DNA of 60,943 nt, filler included. It is 8 parts of 8 records of this genome, joined end to end, with 100 filler letters (N's around TTAATTAATTAA, not from the genome) between each part and the next. Parts side by side here need not be neighbours in the genome. Positions count along the whole stretch, not along the records: positions 48,652 to 60,943 come from SRR31147125_36523; 7 more parts are not named here. One strand, written 5' to 3'. The notes beneath the pieces are model-generated. The model worked only from the letters and a program-made list of their open reading frames with translations. It was not told the DNA's origin and did not search any database. Of the stretch, positions 49,926 to 59,549 are shown piece after piece (positions within the stretch are counted from its first letter, which is position 1; the number at the start of each line of letters is the position of its first letter). The translations under genes and the position numbers were made by a program.

Positions 49926-50264
49926 TTAATTAAAACTTTTGACGGCACTCTGAACAGAATCAAATTCTTTAAAAATAGTATCTAGTTTGGTTATTATCAA
50001 TGGTCGACGCAGTCTTTCTGATAAATTAGCCAATCGCAGGTCACCGCCACTGCTTCTCAGACTCGTTAATGCACTGATGAGAAGACCTAAACCTGAGCTG
50101 TTCATCCAATGAACGCGTTCCAGATCAATAACGACATTGTTTGTCTCACCCATAATGGCCTCATCAATAACGCGCCTGAATTGGTCAGAATCCGAGCCTC
50201 CCATCAATTCGCCACTTAGTTCAATGACGAACACATTTTCCTGCTGACGAGTTTGTAGTTCCAC
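49926..50264 (-). CDS. STAS-domain anti-sigma factor antagonist
   Basis: VVIDLERVHWMNSSGLGLL, GGDLRLANL. Confidence 0.92.
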   Translation of the reverse strand: MELQTRQQENVFVIELSGELMGGSDSDQFRRVIDEAIMGETNNVVIDLERVHWMNSSGLGLLISALTSLRSSGGDLRLANLSERLRRPLIITKLDTIFKEFDSVQSAVKSFN

Positions 50265-50332
50265 GAATCCTCCTTCAATATCATTTAGTTTGTGTTAATA
50301 AGAAACAGTAAACTGAAAAGTATGTAAATTAC

Positions 50333-51553
50333 TTATTCAAACCGTAAAGCTTCAATGGGATGCATTTTTGCTGCTTTCATCGCTGGATAAACACCAAATA
50401 AAAGACCGACAACAGAACAAAATACCAGTCCAAGTATAACAGTCCACAACGGAACATCCGCCGGAACAGGCGAAATCATCTCAACAAGCTTGCCAATACC
50501 TAAACCAAACAGAATACCAATAAGACCGCCAAACTCACTCAATACAACCGCTTCGATCAAAAACTGCCATAAAATATCCCGTCTTTTCGCTCCAATAGAC
50601 TTGCGTATGCCAATCTCCCGCGTTCGCTCTGTGACAGACACGAGCATGATATTCATAATTCCAACACCAGCCACCAAAAGAGAAATGGAAGCAATAGCAA
50701 TCGCCACAATTCGGACATATTTAGTAAGATTATCAAAAAACTCTAAAAATGCTTCATTAGTGCGAATCTCAAAGTCATTTTCCTTGCCGGGCTGTACTTT
50801 GCGAACAGCTCGCATCACACCTATCGTCTGATCAACAGCCACATCATACAATTCCGGACTCTTTGCTTTTATGGTTATATTAATCGAACGATGCGAACCA
50901 AATTGTTTTTCAAAGGCACTGATAGGTATCACGACACGATCATCACGGCTGTTTCCGAGAATGCTTCCCATAGTATCAAAATAGCCCACAACCTCATATC
51001 GTTCGCCATCAATTTTAATATCCTTTCCTATGGGAGTTTCATAGGGAAAAAGTTTGTTAAGAACGTCAACACCTATGACAGCCACCATTTTATTGTATTC
51101 AACATCCTGATCGGTTATGAATCGACCCTCTGCCATTTCATAACTATTATTGCCAAGAAAGGCCGGGCCTCCACCAGCAAGAACGACATTGGGTAATGTT
51201 TTATTATCTTTATACCGGATTTCCTTGCCAAATGTCCACACTTCCGGACCAACATTTTCAGCAGCTGTAACACGTTCTTTTATGGCCCGGGCGTGTTCGA
51301 CTGTGATGTCTTTTCGATTTCGATATTTTTCTCTGTTGCCTCTCTGAAAATCCGGAAATTTCTGTACCTGAAATACATTCGAGCCCAAAACACTGGTTTG
51401 ATTCTTTACACTGTTTCTCAAACCGGTTATTAAAGACTGCATAGCAATAATGGTCATCACTCCGATAATAATACCCAATAACGTTAAAGCTGAACGCATT
51501 TTATTCGCTCGAATCGCAGTCAGGGCTATGTCGACACTCTCTCCAATATGCAC
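50333..51553 (-). CDS. MacB/FtsX-type ABC transporter permease
   Basis: RSALTLLGIIIGV, GVGIMNIMLVSVTERTREIG, PIEALRFE. Confidence 0.93.
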   Translation of the reverse strand: MHIGESVDIALTAIRANKMRSALTLLGIIIGVMTIIAMQSLITGLRNSVKNQTSVLGSNVFQVQKFPDFQRGNREKYRNRKDITVEHARAIKERVTAAENVGPEVWTFGKEIRYKDNKTLPNVVLAGGGPAFLGNNSYEMAEGRFITDQDVEYNKMVAVIGVDVLNKLFPYETPIGKDIKIDGERYEVVGYFDTMGSILGNSRDDRVVIPISAFEKQFGSHRSINITIKAKSPELYDVAVDQTIGVMRAVRKVQPGKENDFEIRTNEAFLEFFDNLTKYVRIVAIAIASISLLVAGVGIMNIMLVSVTERTREIGIRKSIGAKRRDILWQFLIEAVVLSEFGGLIGILFGLGIGKLVEMISPVPADVPLWTVILGLVFCSVVGLLFGVYPAMKAAKMHPIEALRFE

Positions 51554-51575
51554 TTTTCAATAAACTCCTGATATT

Positions 51576-52808
51576 TTATTCATAACGTAACGCTTCAATC
51601 GGATCCAGCTTGGCTGCTTTGCTGGCCGGATAGATACCAAAAAACAATCCAATGGTCACAACAAATCCCAATCCTAAAAATACGACCCACAATGTAATCG
51701 ATGCCGGAAGCGGTGTTGTCGCAGCAATTAATTTGGCAAATCCAACTGAAAGCAAAACACCAATAAAGACGCCAAGAGCACAAATCATCAGGGATTCTAT
51801 AAGAAACTGAACCAAAATATCCTTGTTCCGTGCACCAAGAGCCTTACGAATACCTATCTCTCTGGTCCTCTCCGTGACTGAAACAAGCAAAATATTCATT
51901 ATACCTATTCCTCCAACCAGGAGTGAGATAGCTCCGACACCGATGGCAACAGCCCACAATGTACTTGTCAGATTTTTATAGGTATTCATGAGCATGCTCT
52001 GTTTGTTGATGGCAAAATCATTTTCTTTACCTGGTGCCAATCCACGTATGCGTCGCATAATTCCAGTGAGTTCAATTTCAGCGTCTTCGATCAGGTCTGT
52101 TGACGGAACACTGACCTCGATATCAACAGAACGTCCACGCACTCCAAATGTCGATTTAAAAGCACCAATCGGGATACAGGCAAACGCATCCATATTGTTG
52201 CCAAATAAAGAACCTTTTTTGCCCAAAACACCGATGACCCGATATTTTTTACCACCAATATTGACCCTGTTGCCGATTGGATTTGATTTTGGAAACAATG
52301 ATTGCGCTACATCATAACCAAGAACGCAAACTGATCTTCTGTGCCGAACATCACTATCCGTTAAAAACCGTCCATCTTCAGGATAGGCATTTGAGGTTAT
52401 AAGATAATCAGCCGAGGTGCCGGCAATGATAACCCGTTCTGATTTATTTTCCTTAAACTTTACCGTACGCCTTGTATAGAGAGTCGGTGTAACAGCATTA
52501 GCCAGCCTTGATAGCTCCTTCAGTTTTTCTGCATCATCGATGGTAATGTTTTTTCTGTTTCTGTACAAGAAAAACTCTCTCCCCTGCATAATCCACGGAA
52601 ACTTTTGGATATAAAGTGTGTTCGTCCCGATTGTTGATATTTGATCAGCAAAAGCCTTATTCAACCCCTGCACCAGCGCCACAATCGTTATTACCGTGGA
52701 AACTCCGATCACAATGCCCAATGTCGTCAGCGTAGACCGGAGTTTGTAAGAACGTAGTGCTTCAAGTGCAATTTTAAAGCCTTCTGCTATATATATGAAT
52801 ATTCTCAT
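51576..52808 (-). CDS. MacB/FtsX-type ABC transporter permease
   Basis: RSTLTTLGIVIGV, GIMNILLVSVTERTREIG, DPIEALRYE. Confidence 0.93.
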   Translation of the reverse strand: MRIFIYIAEGFKIALEALRSYKLRSTLTTLGIVIGVSTVITIVALVQGLNKAFADQISTIGTNTLYIQKFPWIMQGREFFLYRNRKNITIDDAEKLKELSRLANAVTPTLYTRRTVKFKENKSERVIIAGTSADYLITSNAYPEDGRFLTDSDVRHRRSVCVLGYDVAQSLFPKSNPIGNRVNIGGKKYRVIGVLGKKGSLFGNNMDAFACIPIGAFKSTFGVRGRSVDIEVSVPSTDLIEDAEIELTGIMRRIRGLAPGKENDFAINKQSMLMNTYKNLTSTLWAVAIGVGAISLLVGGIGIMNILLVSVTERTREIGIRKALGARNKDILVQFLIESLMICALGVFIGVLLSVGFAKLIAATTPLPASITLWVVFLGLGFVVTIGLFFGIYPASKAAKLDPIEALRYE

Positions 52809-52819
52809 CTTAATCCTTT

Positions 52820-53500
52820 TTAGTTTCTTGCTTCATCTCGTTCAATATATCCGTCACGAAGGCGGATAATTCGATCCGAATGTTCAGCAATATATTCCTC
52901 ATGGGTAACGAGAATAATGGTATTACCGGCTTCATGCAACGTTTCAAAAATCTCCATAATTTCTTCACCTGTCTTACTATCCAGGTTTCCGGTCGGTTCA
53001 TCAGCCAAAATAATAGACGGATTATTGACAAGAGCCCGGGCAATAGCCACACGTTGTCGCTGTCCACCTGACAATTCGTTCGGTTTGTGGTTCATTCTAT
53101 CACCAAGCCCAACTTTCTCCAAAGCTTCCTGGGCAAATTTCTTTCGCTTTGATGATTGAGTTCCATTATAAATCAGTGGCAGTTCAACATTATGCAATGC
53201 ATTCGCCCGCGGTAATAAATTAAATGTTTGAAAGACAAAACCGATTTCCTGATTCCGGACCTCTGCCAATTGATCATCTGTCATATCGCTTACATTATTA
53301 CCATTAAGTACGTAATCACCACTCGAAGGGGTGTCCAGACAACCGACAACATTCATTAATGTGGATTTGCCGGAACCTGAAGGTCCCATGATTGCAACGT
53401 ATTCATTTTTTTCGATTACAAGATCAACTCCATTCAAAGCTGGTACAGTCATTGTTCCAATTTCATAGATTTTCTTTATGTCTTTCAACTCTATTAACAT
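52820..53500 (-). CDS. MacB/LolD-type ABC transporter ATPase
   Basis: [36 protein letters not shown]. Confidence 0.95.
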   Translation of the reverse strand: MLIELKDIKKIYEIGTMTVPALNGVDLVIEKNEYVAIMGPSGSGKSTLMNVVGCLDTPSSGDYVLNGNNVSDMTDDQLAEVRNQEIGFVFQTFNLLPRANALHNVELPLIYNGTQSSKRKKFAQEALEKVGLGDRMNHKPNELSGGQRQRVAIARALVNNPSIILADEPTGNLDSKTGEEIMEIFETLHEAGNTIILVTHEEYIAEHSDRIIRLRDGYIERDEARN

Positions 53501-53515
53501 CGAATAATCCCTTTC

Positions 53516-54784
53516 TTATTCGGTTTTCTCATCTTCTCTAAAGCTCATACCCTTTTTAACTTTCACCTTGCTGCCATCTTTTAACAGCTTTGAGAGAGCT
53601 TTATAGCTACCTGTCACAATTTCTTCATCTTTTTCAAGACCGGATAGTATCTCAATATTGTTATCATCGCTTATACCGGTTTCTACTGCGACAACTTTTA
53701 CTACATCATCTTTAAAGACAAAAACAACCTCTGGATTTTCGTCATTATTGGATTTACCATAATCCGAATTATTTTGATTTTCAGGATTTTCTTCTTCCTT
53801 GTTATTATTGGAAGATTTGTCCTCTTTGGAGTCGCCTTTGGCACTGTCGCTTTTAACATTCCGAACCGTAACGCACTGAATTGGCACAAAAAGCACGTCC
53901 TTATGAGTTTCAGTGCTGATATCCACAGTCGAGGACATTCCTGGTCGAAGCTTTTCAGATGGAGATGTGATAGCGATTTTCACCTCAAAATTGGTCACTT
54001 GTTCCTGAGTGCCCCGGCCACGAGTGGACGCCGTATGCGCAATTTCCGAGACTTTTCCCTCTAAAAGAGTATCCGGAATAGCATCGACTTCAATCGACGT
54101 TTTATCACCCAATTTGACAAGCACAACGTCATTTTCATCAATTTCAGCCAGGACTTCCATACGGCTCAGATCCGCAACCGACATGATGGGATCTGATTGA
54201 AATTGTGAACCAACAGCTATTTCGCCTTCTTCTTTGAGTAATCGGGTAATAGTGCCCGACATAGGAGCTATCAATCTTGTTTTGGCAAGGTCATCTTTGG
54301 CCTGCTTTAAGCCTGCTTCACTTTGTTGAACCCGACTCTGTGCCAGCATTCGGTTCGCTTCGGCCGCATCCAGATCAGCTTGCGACGACAGGTTTTGATC
54401 AAATAAATCTTTCGTACGGGAAAAATCTGCTTGCGCTTTTTTAAGCTCGGCTCTGGCAGACATGCGCTGAGACTCCATCTGCTCGACAGCTGCCTCATAA
54501 CGTTGCCTGTCCAGCTCGACAAGCAATTGCCCCTTGGTGACCATCTCTCCTTCTTCAACATGAATCTTTATGATTTCAGCTGAAATTCGTGCGGATATAT
54601 CCACATCCACTTCCGGTTGCACCTGTCCGTTTCCGGAAACAGTATTGGTAATATCGCCTTGTTTCACCTTACCCAGAGTAACCTCAATTGTACTCCCTCG
54701 GCTCTTTTTCAGATTAACAAAAATCATGACCAATACAATGAGAATTACAACTGAAAAAAGTGCGATCTTTGCTTTCTTTGACAT
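53516..54784 (-). CDS. Membrane fusion protein (MacA/YknX-like)
   Basis: VEEGEMVTKGQLL, APMSGTI, IDENDV, LRPGMS, VETGISD. Confidence 0.92.
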   Translation of the reverse strand: MSKKAKIALFSVVILIVLVMIFVNLKKSRGSTIEVTLGKVKQGDITNTVSGNGQVQPEVDVDISARISAEIIKIHVEEGEMVTKGQLLVELDRQRYEAAVEQMESQRMSARAELKKAQADFSRTKDLFDQNLSSQADLDAAEANRMLAQSRVQQSEAGLKQAKDDLAKTRLIAPMSGTITRLLKEEGEIAVGSQFQSDPIMSVADLSRMEVLAEIDENDVVLVKLGDKTSIEVDAIPDTLLEGKVSEIAHTASTRGRGTQEQVTNFEVKIAITSPSEKLRPGMSSTVDISTETHKDVLFVPIQCVTVRNVKSDSAKGDSKEDKSSNNNKEEENPENQNNSDYGKSNNDENPEVVFVFKDDVVKVVAVETGISDDNNIEILSGLEKDEEIVTGSYKALSKLLKDGSKVKVKKGMSFREDEKTE

Positions 54785-54870
54785 TCATCTCTCCATTATT
54801 GGGTAATCAACTTGTTCATTTATAAAAAATTTATGATTTGACCAACCTGGCCTGTTTTCCACCTTTTTAT

Positions 54871-56238
54871 CTACTCAATGATGCCCATGGCTGCTTCAAG
54901 GTCAGCTTTGGATACCTTGGCATCATATTCAGCGCGTACAAAGTTGCTTTGCGCTTGCGTTAATTCAACCTGAGCTTGGGTAACCTCCAGCTCGGTTCCG
55001 GATCCTACACGACGTTTTTCCTGCTGCAGTCGAAGATTTTCTTTTGCTGCTTCAATGTTTTCCCTGTTAATTTCTAAAATATCCTGGTAGGCCTGCAACT
55101 CTAAAAAATATTGTTTCACATCAGCTGTTAGCAACCGCTTTTGTTCACTGAGATCTTCCAAAGCAATCTGATAATTTAATGTTTCACGTTGTACTGCTGC
55201 CTTGTCTGAAAATCCATTAAAAATATTTAAATCGAGTGAGGCTCCTAGTGATACGGTAAAATCCTGATCCAGATTGGAACTATATACGCGTTCTATTTCA
55301 TCATTATTGCGGCTATAAGTAACACCAAGTCCAATCTGTGGTAAATATCGCGCTTTTTCAACACTTATACCATAACGGTTGGCCAATACCTGCAATTCCT
55401 GAGATTTTATATCTTTATTATTTTCAATTGCTATTTTTACAGCTTCCTCAAATTCATAGCCCGGGAAAATGGGTTCTGTCTCATCTGTTACAACTTCCAA
55501 TGGTGTACTGGGATTTTGGCCCAGTGCGTTATTCAAATTTGCACGGGCTATCTCAACAACGTTCTTTTGTTGTATGAGATTCATTTTTTGTGAGCCGAGA
55601 TTGACTTTTGCCTGAAAGACCTCTGCCTGTGAAGCTGATCCGATTTCCAGCATGGTTTGAGCTCTGCCAACCTGTTCTGCCGCCAGATCAACCGCTTCCT
55701 GATAAACATCCTCAAGCCTGTATGACTTTAACAGCTCAAAATAGGCTCTTTTGACATTCAGTACCACTGTCTGTCGCGTGTTGATCATATAGTGTTCATA
55801 GGCGCCCTCGTTAGCCTTGGCCTGCTTTATACTATTCGTGCTTCTGCCAAAGTCGTATATATTTTGACTTAGAGACACTCTGGCCGAATGTGAATTTCTT
55901 TCAGACTGATCCTGTTTAATTGATCTTTGCTCATAAATGGTTCGTCCCAATTCATCCTCTCCTACCGGAACGTCCTGCTTTACTACGCGCTCTCCCTGTA
56001 TGAGTCTCCCGGATGAAAAACTGGAATTCACTTTTGGTAGAACGGACGACCAGGCTAAAGTAACATTTGTACCTGCCCTGTCCACAAGTCGTTTGGCGTT
56101 TCGTAATTGTGAGTTGTTCTTCAAAGCAATTTGCACAAGCTCCTCCAATGTCAGAGGACGCGTTTCCTGAGCTTTAACGGTTTCCAGGCTAAAGGCGAGG
56201 ACGGTAAACATGATTAACAGATAGACTACTTTCTTCAT
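54871..56238 (-). CDS. TolC family outer membrane protein
   Basis: Signal peptide; ALKNN, VKRAYFE, two OEP-like repeats. Confidence 0.9.
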   Translation of the reverse strand: MKKVVYLLIMFTVLAFSLETVKAQETRPLTLEELVQIALKNNSQLRNAKRLVDRAGTNVTLAWSSVLPKVNSSFSSGRLIQGERVVKQDVPVGEDELGRTIYEQRSIKQDQSERNSHSARVSLSQNIYDFGRSTNSIKQAKANEGAYEHYMINTRQTVVLNVKRAYFELLKSYRLEDVYQEAVDLAAEQVGRAQTMLEIGSASQAEVFQAKVNLGSQKMNLIQQKNVVEIARANLNNALGQNPSTPLEVVTDETEPIFPGYEFEEAVKIAIENNKDIKSQELQVLANRYGISVEKARYLPQIGLGVTYSRNNDEIERVYSSNLDQDFTVSLGASLDLNIFNGFSDKAAVQRETLNYQIALEDLSEQKRLLTADVKQYFLELQAYQDILEINRENIEAAKENLRLQQEKRRVGSGTELEVTQAQVELTQAQSNFVRAEYDAKVSKADLEAAMGIIE

Positions 56239-56343
56239 AAATTTCTCCTGACTAATAAAACCACACGCTCGTTTTTTCTTTAATAATGAATGGAATTGGA
56301 ATGATATCGAGAATAACAGGATAATATATTCTAACTTTACATT

Positions 56344-57063
56344 TTATCCAAAAATACTTCCTAAACTGGATGAACCAACATACCAAAGAACATACAAACC
56401 AACCACCCATGGCACGACCTTACGGGTTGTATGATTTCCTACTATGGCAATACCAATGCACAAAAGGGCGATGGACCAAATGTTAAACACCTCAAGCTGA
56501 GCTAATAATTTATACATTAAAGTATCTTTGGAAGCATCGGGTAAAAAAGCAGCGACACTAAAATGGACATTTAACGTTTTTTGGGATAACATGATAGGTA
56601 ACTTTATAAGGCTTCCTAACATAACAATAAACATTCGATAGGCATTAACAGCCATGAGTTGACCGAACTGTGCCTGTCCTCCCAATATTGTATTGGAGAC
56701 AAACATCCAGATACCCGCCCCAATAACCAGCATTAAAAAAGTAAAAACAACGGGCCCGACCCAGATCATGATGTTCATCACGTTTTGGATGCGCTCAATA
56801 GCTGTATCAATCTGTGCCTGATCCGCGCCTCCCTCCTCCATTTTTTCTACTGCTACATTTATCCTTTCTTCCAGGATTACCGGCTTTAATAATAGCGCCA
56901 TCCCCAGTGAAAGAACCAGTACAATAATGGTTGGTTGTAACCAATTCGGTTTTTGTCTTACGGCTTGAAATGTTTGTGATGGAGAAAAGAACACTCCGAA
57001 AATCCTCTGAGCCAATCCCACATCTGCTACTTGTTCGTTTTGGGCAGCAATATTATCAGACAT
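56344..57063 (-). CDS. Yip1-domain membrane protein (YknW-like)
   Basis: FFSPSQTF...KPNW, EVFNIW, multiple TM segments; GGAGG RBS. Confidence 0.8.
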   Translation of the reverse strand: MSDNIAAQNEQVADVGLAQRIFGVFFSPSQTFQAVRQKPNWLQPTIIVLVLSLGMALLLKPVILEERINVAVEKMEEGGADQAQIDTAIERIQNVMNIMIWVGPVVFTFLMLVIGAGIWMFVSNTILGGQAQFGQLMAVNAYRMFIVMLGSLIKLPIMLSQKTLNVHFSVAAFLPDASKDTLMYKLLAQLEVFNIWSIALLCIGIAIVGNHTTRKVVPWVVGLYVLWYVGSSSLGSIFG

Positions 57064-57107
57064 AATCTCCCTCCAAAGTCCTTTTTGTATATAGATTTAA
57101 TTACTAA

Positions 57108-57132
57108 GACGATTAATTTAAATAAAAGTTTC
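57108..57132 (-). promoter_or_regulatory. ECF sigma factor promoter of the Yip1-TolC-MFP-ABC operon
   Basis: Minus strand GAAAC-N16-CGTC, ending 45 nt upstream of ATG 57063. Confidence 0.65.
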
Positions 57133-57413
57133 GTCTAAATGGGATGTTAATTTTTTTTAGTAAATTCTTTTTTCTGGTAACCACACTTTTTATAAGGTGT
57201 GATAAATTGTGCATTGCATAGAGCTGCATGAGAATGGGGAAATGTGTACTCGGAACGTATATACCCTGTCGATCTTGCTATTTTTAACAAATTTAGTTTT
57301 TTAATTTAATTAATTCTTATGACAATTCAACCTTTTTTTTCATTTACACTTTTGACTTTGTACACAACATGAAATAAAGTAGAGTTCATTTAGGGAAGAA
57401 TTAGCATAACTAT

Positions 57414-57776
57414 TTATTTATTTGGAGCTAATTTTTTCATTTTCAGCAGGATATCGTTAATCTCAAGAGAATCAAACTTTTGGTCGCTTAGACCCAGCTG
57501 GAAAGACAAAAAAAGGCCCTTTATTTCTTGTCTGTCTGCTTCCCCGGATTGAATCTTTTTTAAAACATCATTAAAAAGAACATGCACACTATCCCTGGAT
57601 ACTGAATCAGAAAGTTCTTTTAAAACAAGAGATTCCATTGACTTGAAGCCTTTTTCTAACGCTTTATTTTTTATTTTATTTTTATTCAATATTATCAATA
57701 TGAATACTATTAACAATGAACATAAAACGGTAATGCCAAATACTCGCAATATTTTATTCATTTCTTCTCTCCCCAT
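57414..57776 (-). CDS. Hypothetical protein with N-terminal membrane anchor
   Basis: 120-aa ORF with one TM segment. Confidence 0.6.
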   Translation of the reverse strand: MGREEMNKILRVFGITVLCSLLIVFILIILNKNKIKNKALEKGFKSMESLVLKELSDSVSRDSVHVLFNDVLKKIQSGEADRQEIKGLFLSFQLGLSDQKFDSLEINDILLKMKKLAPNK

Positions 57777-57872
57777 AAAAAATCAAAGTTTTAAAATATA
57801 TCGAGCAATTCCACCTTTGTTTTTCTATCGATAAATTTATAAAATGATTTTCGCACAGCAAACAAAATATTC

Positions 57873-58217
57873 CTAGCCCTTGTTGAACACAATTATTCCG
57901 GTAACGCTGCGAATCAATAGCGCTGCGATTATACTTAACCACAGCCAATTATCAGCAAAGGAAATGCCCAAAATCACTTTATCAGAAAACTCGTAAATAA
58001 ACACAAGAGCAATGAACATCAAACCAAACGTCCAATTATTGGTTTTATAAAATAGTTGCAATTCCCTTTCATCCGGTTTTTTTGTTTTTTTAATTCTCAT
58101 TACTATGGGCACAAGTGCCACTATAGCTAAACTACTGTATCCTATGTTACCAAATACAAGAATACAGACAAGACAAACAAGTCCAATGAGGCCTTCAAAC
58201 CAAAATCTGAATCTCAT
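57873..58217 (-). CDS. Small membrane protein (DUF2178-like DERE motif)
   Basis: Four TM segments, KPDERE; coupled to the upstream HTH gene with AGGAGG RBS. Confidence 0.7.
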   Translation of the reverse strand: MRFRFWFEGLIGLVCLVCILVFGNIGYSSLAIVALVPIVMRIKKTKKPDERELQLFYKTNNWTFGLMFIALVFIYEFSDKVILGISFADNWLWLSIIAALLIRSVTGIIVFNKG

Positions 58218-58218
58218 T

Positions 58219-58425
58219 TTATTCCTCCTTTAAATAAAACAGTTCTTCAACCTGACATCCAAAATGAGATGCCATTTTCAAAGCCAACTTGACAGATGGA
58301 TTAAATTTGCCATTTTCAATGGCAATAATTGTTTGCCTGGAAACATCCAGAGCATCGGCCAGTTTTTCCTGTGTGATGTGATTTTGGTCAAACCTGGCCT
58401 TTTTAAGATTGTTTTTCAAAATCAT
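58219..58425 (-). CDS. XRE-family HTH transcriptional regulator
   Basis: TQEKLADALDVSRQTIIAIENGKFNPSVKLALK...VEELF. Confidence 0.93.
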   Translation of the reverse strand: MILKNNLKKARFDQNHITQEKLADALDVSRQTIIAIENGKFNPSVKLALKMASHFGCQVEELFYLKEE

Positions 58426-58451
58426 ATAATTTATCTCCACATTCTCTTGAG

Positions 58452-58492
58452 AATGTAAACTTTTATATACTTTATGTCAAGTATTATTTACT
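58452..58492 (-). promoter_or_regulatory. sigma70 promoter overlapped by tandem operator-like repeats
   Basis: TTGACA-N17-TACATT on the minus strand; repeats ATGTAAACTTTTATATACTT and ATGTCAAGTATTATTTACTT. Confidence 0.65.
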
Positions 58493-58805
58493 TTTTTTAT
58501 ACGTTTTTTTTAAATGACCATGATTACTTGTCCGGAAAAGTCCGGTTTCAACATGGGTAAGGATACAGCATATTCTCCAGAGATGAATAAAAGTCTATAG
58601 GCCTGGACATATTTAAGGATAAAATGACATCAAGGGTACTCTTGAGCGGAGAAAGAGGTCATATGGGATGGAAAGTAACTTTTTATTTTAATGAGTGGAG
58701 ATAAATATGACAGTTAACATAAAATACATTTCTTTCAACGAAAGAAAACATGACGACATAGGATGCTATAACCAAAAAGCCTTCGTTTTAATACCAGTAA
58801 TAGCA

Positions 58806-59525
58806 TCAGTTTTTGAGTCTCTCAACTGCCAGTTGAGCCTGGGCTATCCATTGAAGATTTTCACGACTTTTGCAATCCTGACCATTTGTCAGAGCCACTT
58901 TGTAAGCATCAAGAGCCTGTCCCGGCTCATCCACGTTTTCAAATGCTTTACCCAAATAAAAATGAATTTCACCGCAGTCGACAACATGTGTATGTTTTTT
59001 AAATATTTTCAAAAGCTTCATTATAGTATTGGCATAATAATCCTGATCATACATGGCCTTTGCAGCATTAAACTCTTGCAGCCATCTCCGCTGGTCCGGA
59101 CCATCACGCAGGCTATCTGTTTCAGACCTAAACTCTCCGTGCACGACACTCACATTTCCGATACGTAGAGGTATTTTGTTATTTCTGGGTTCCATTTTAT
59201 CCACTTTTTCAGCCATAAGAAAGAGAAACAATTCACGCCTGGATATGTTCCGCAAATCACCAATATCAAGAATAGAATTGCTTTTCAAATAAAAAGTCAC
59301 ATTGTCGCGTATCTGCAACACAACATCACCTTCCAGGGTCAATATTGTATCTATATCTTCTAGCATCATTCCGGAATAGGCATTCTGCCATTCTTCCTCA
59401 AGCCCTTGCCGTACCTTTACTTCTCCCGATATTTTTTGTATTTTAGCGGAAGGTATGGCCAACGACATTTGAGCTATAAATAAAATAATTATACTTATTA
59501 AACCAACAGCTTTATGTGAAAACAT
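58806..59525 (-). CDS. Secreted protein with FecR-like N-domain and C-terminal TPR
   Basis: Signal peptide; ISGEVKVR...W....GMML...DTILT; IHFYLGKAFE...QALDAYK. Confidence 0.65.
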   Translation of the reverse strand: MFSHKAVGLISIIILFIAQMSLAIPSAKIQKISGEVKVRQGLEEEWQNAYSGMMLEDIDTILTLEGDVVLQIRDNVTFYLKSNSILDIGDLRNISRRELFLFLMAEKVDKMEPRNNKIPLRIGNVSVVHGEFRSETDSLRDGPDQRRWLQEFNAAKAMYDQDYYANTIMKLLKIFKKHTHVVDCGEIHFYLGKAFENVDEPGQALDAYKVALTNGQDCKSRENLQWIAQAQLAVERLKN

Positions 59526-59549
59526 AAAATATCTCCATACTTGATATAG

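Noticed and set aside
58695..59168. 157-aa plus-strand ORF
   Set aside because: Mostly antisense to the FecR-TPR gene, with no motifs.
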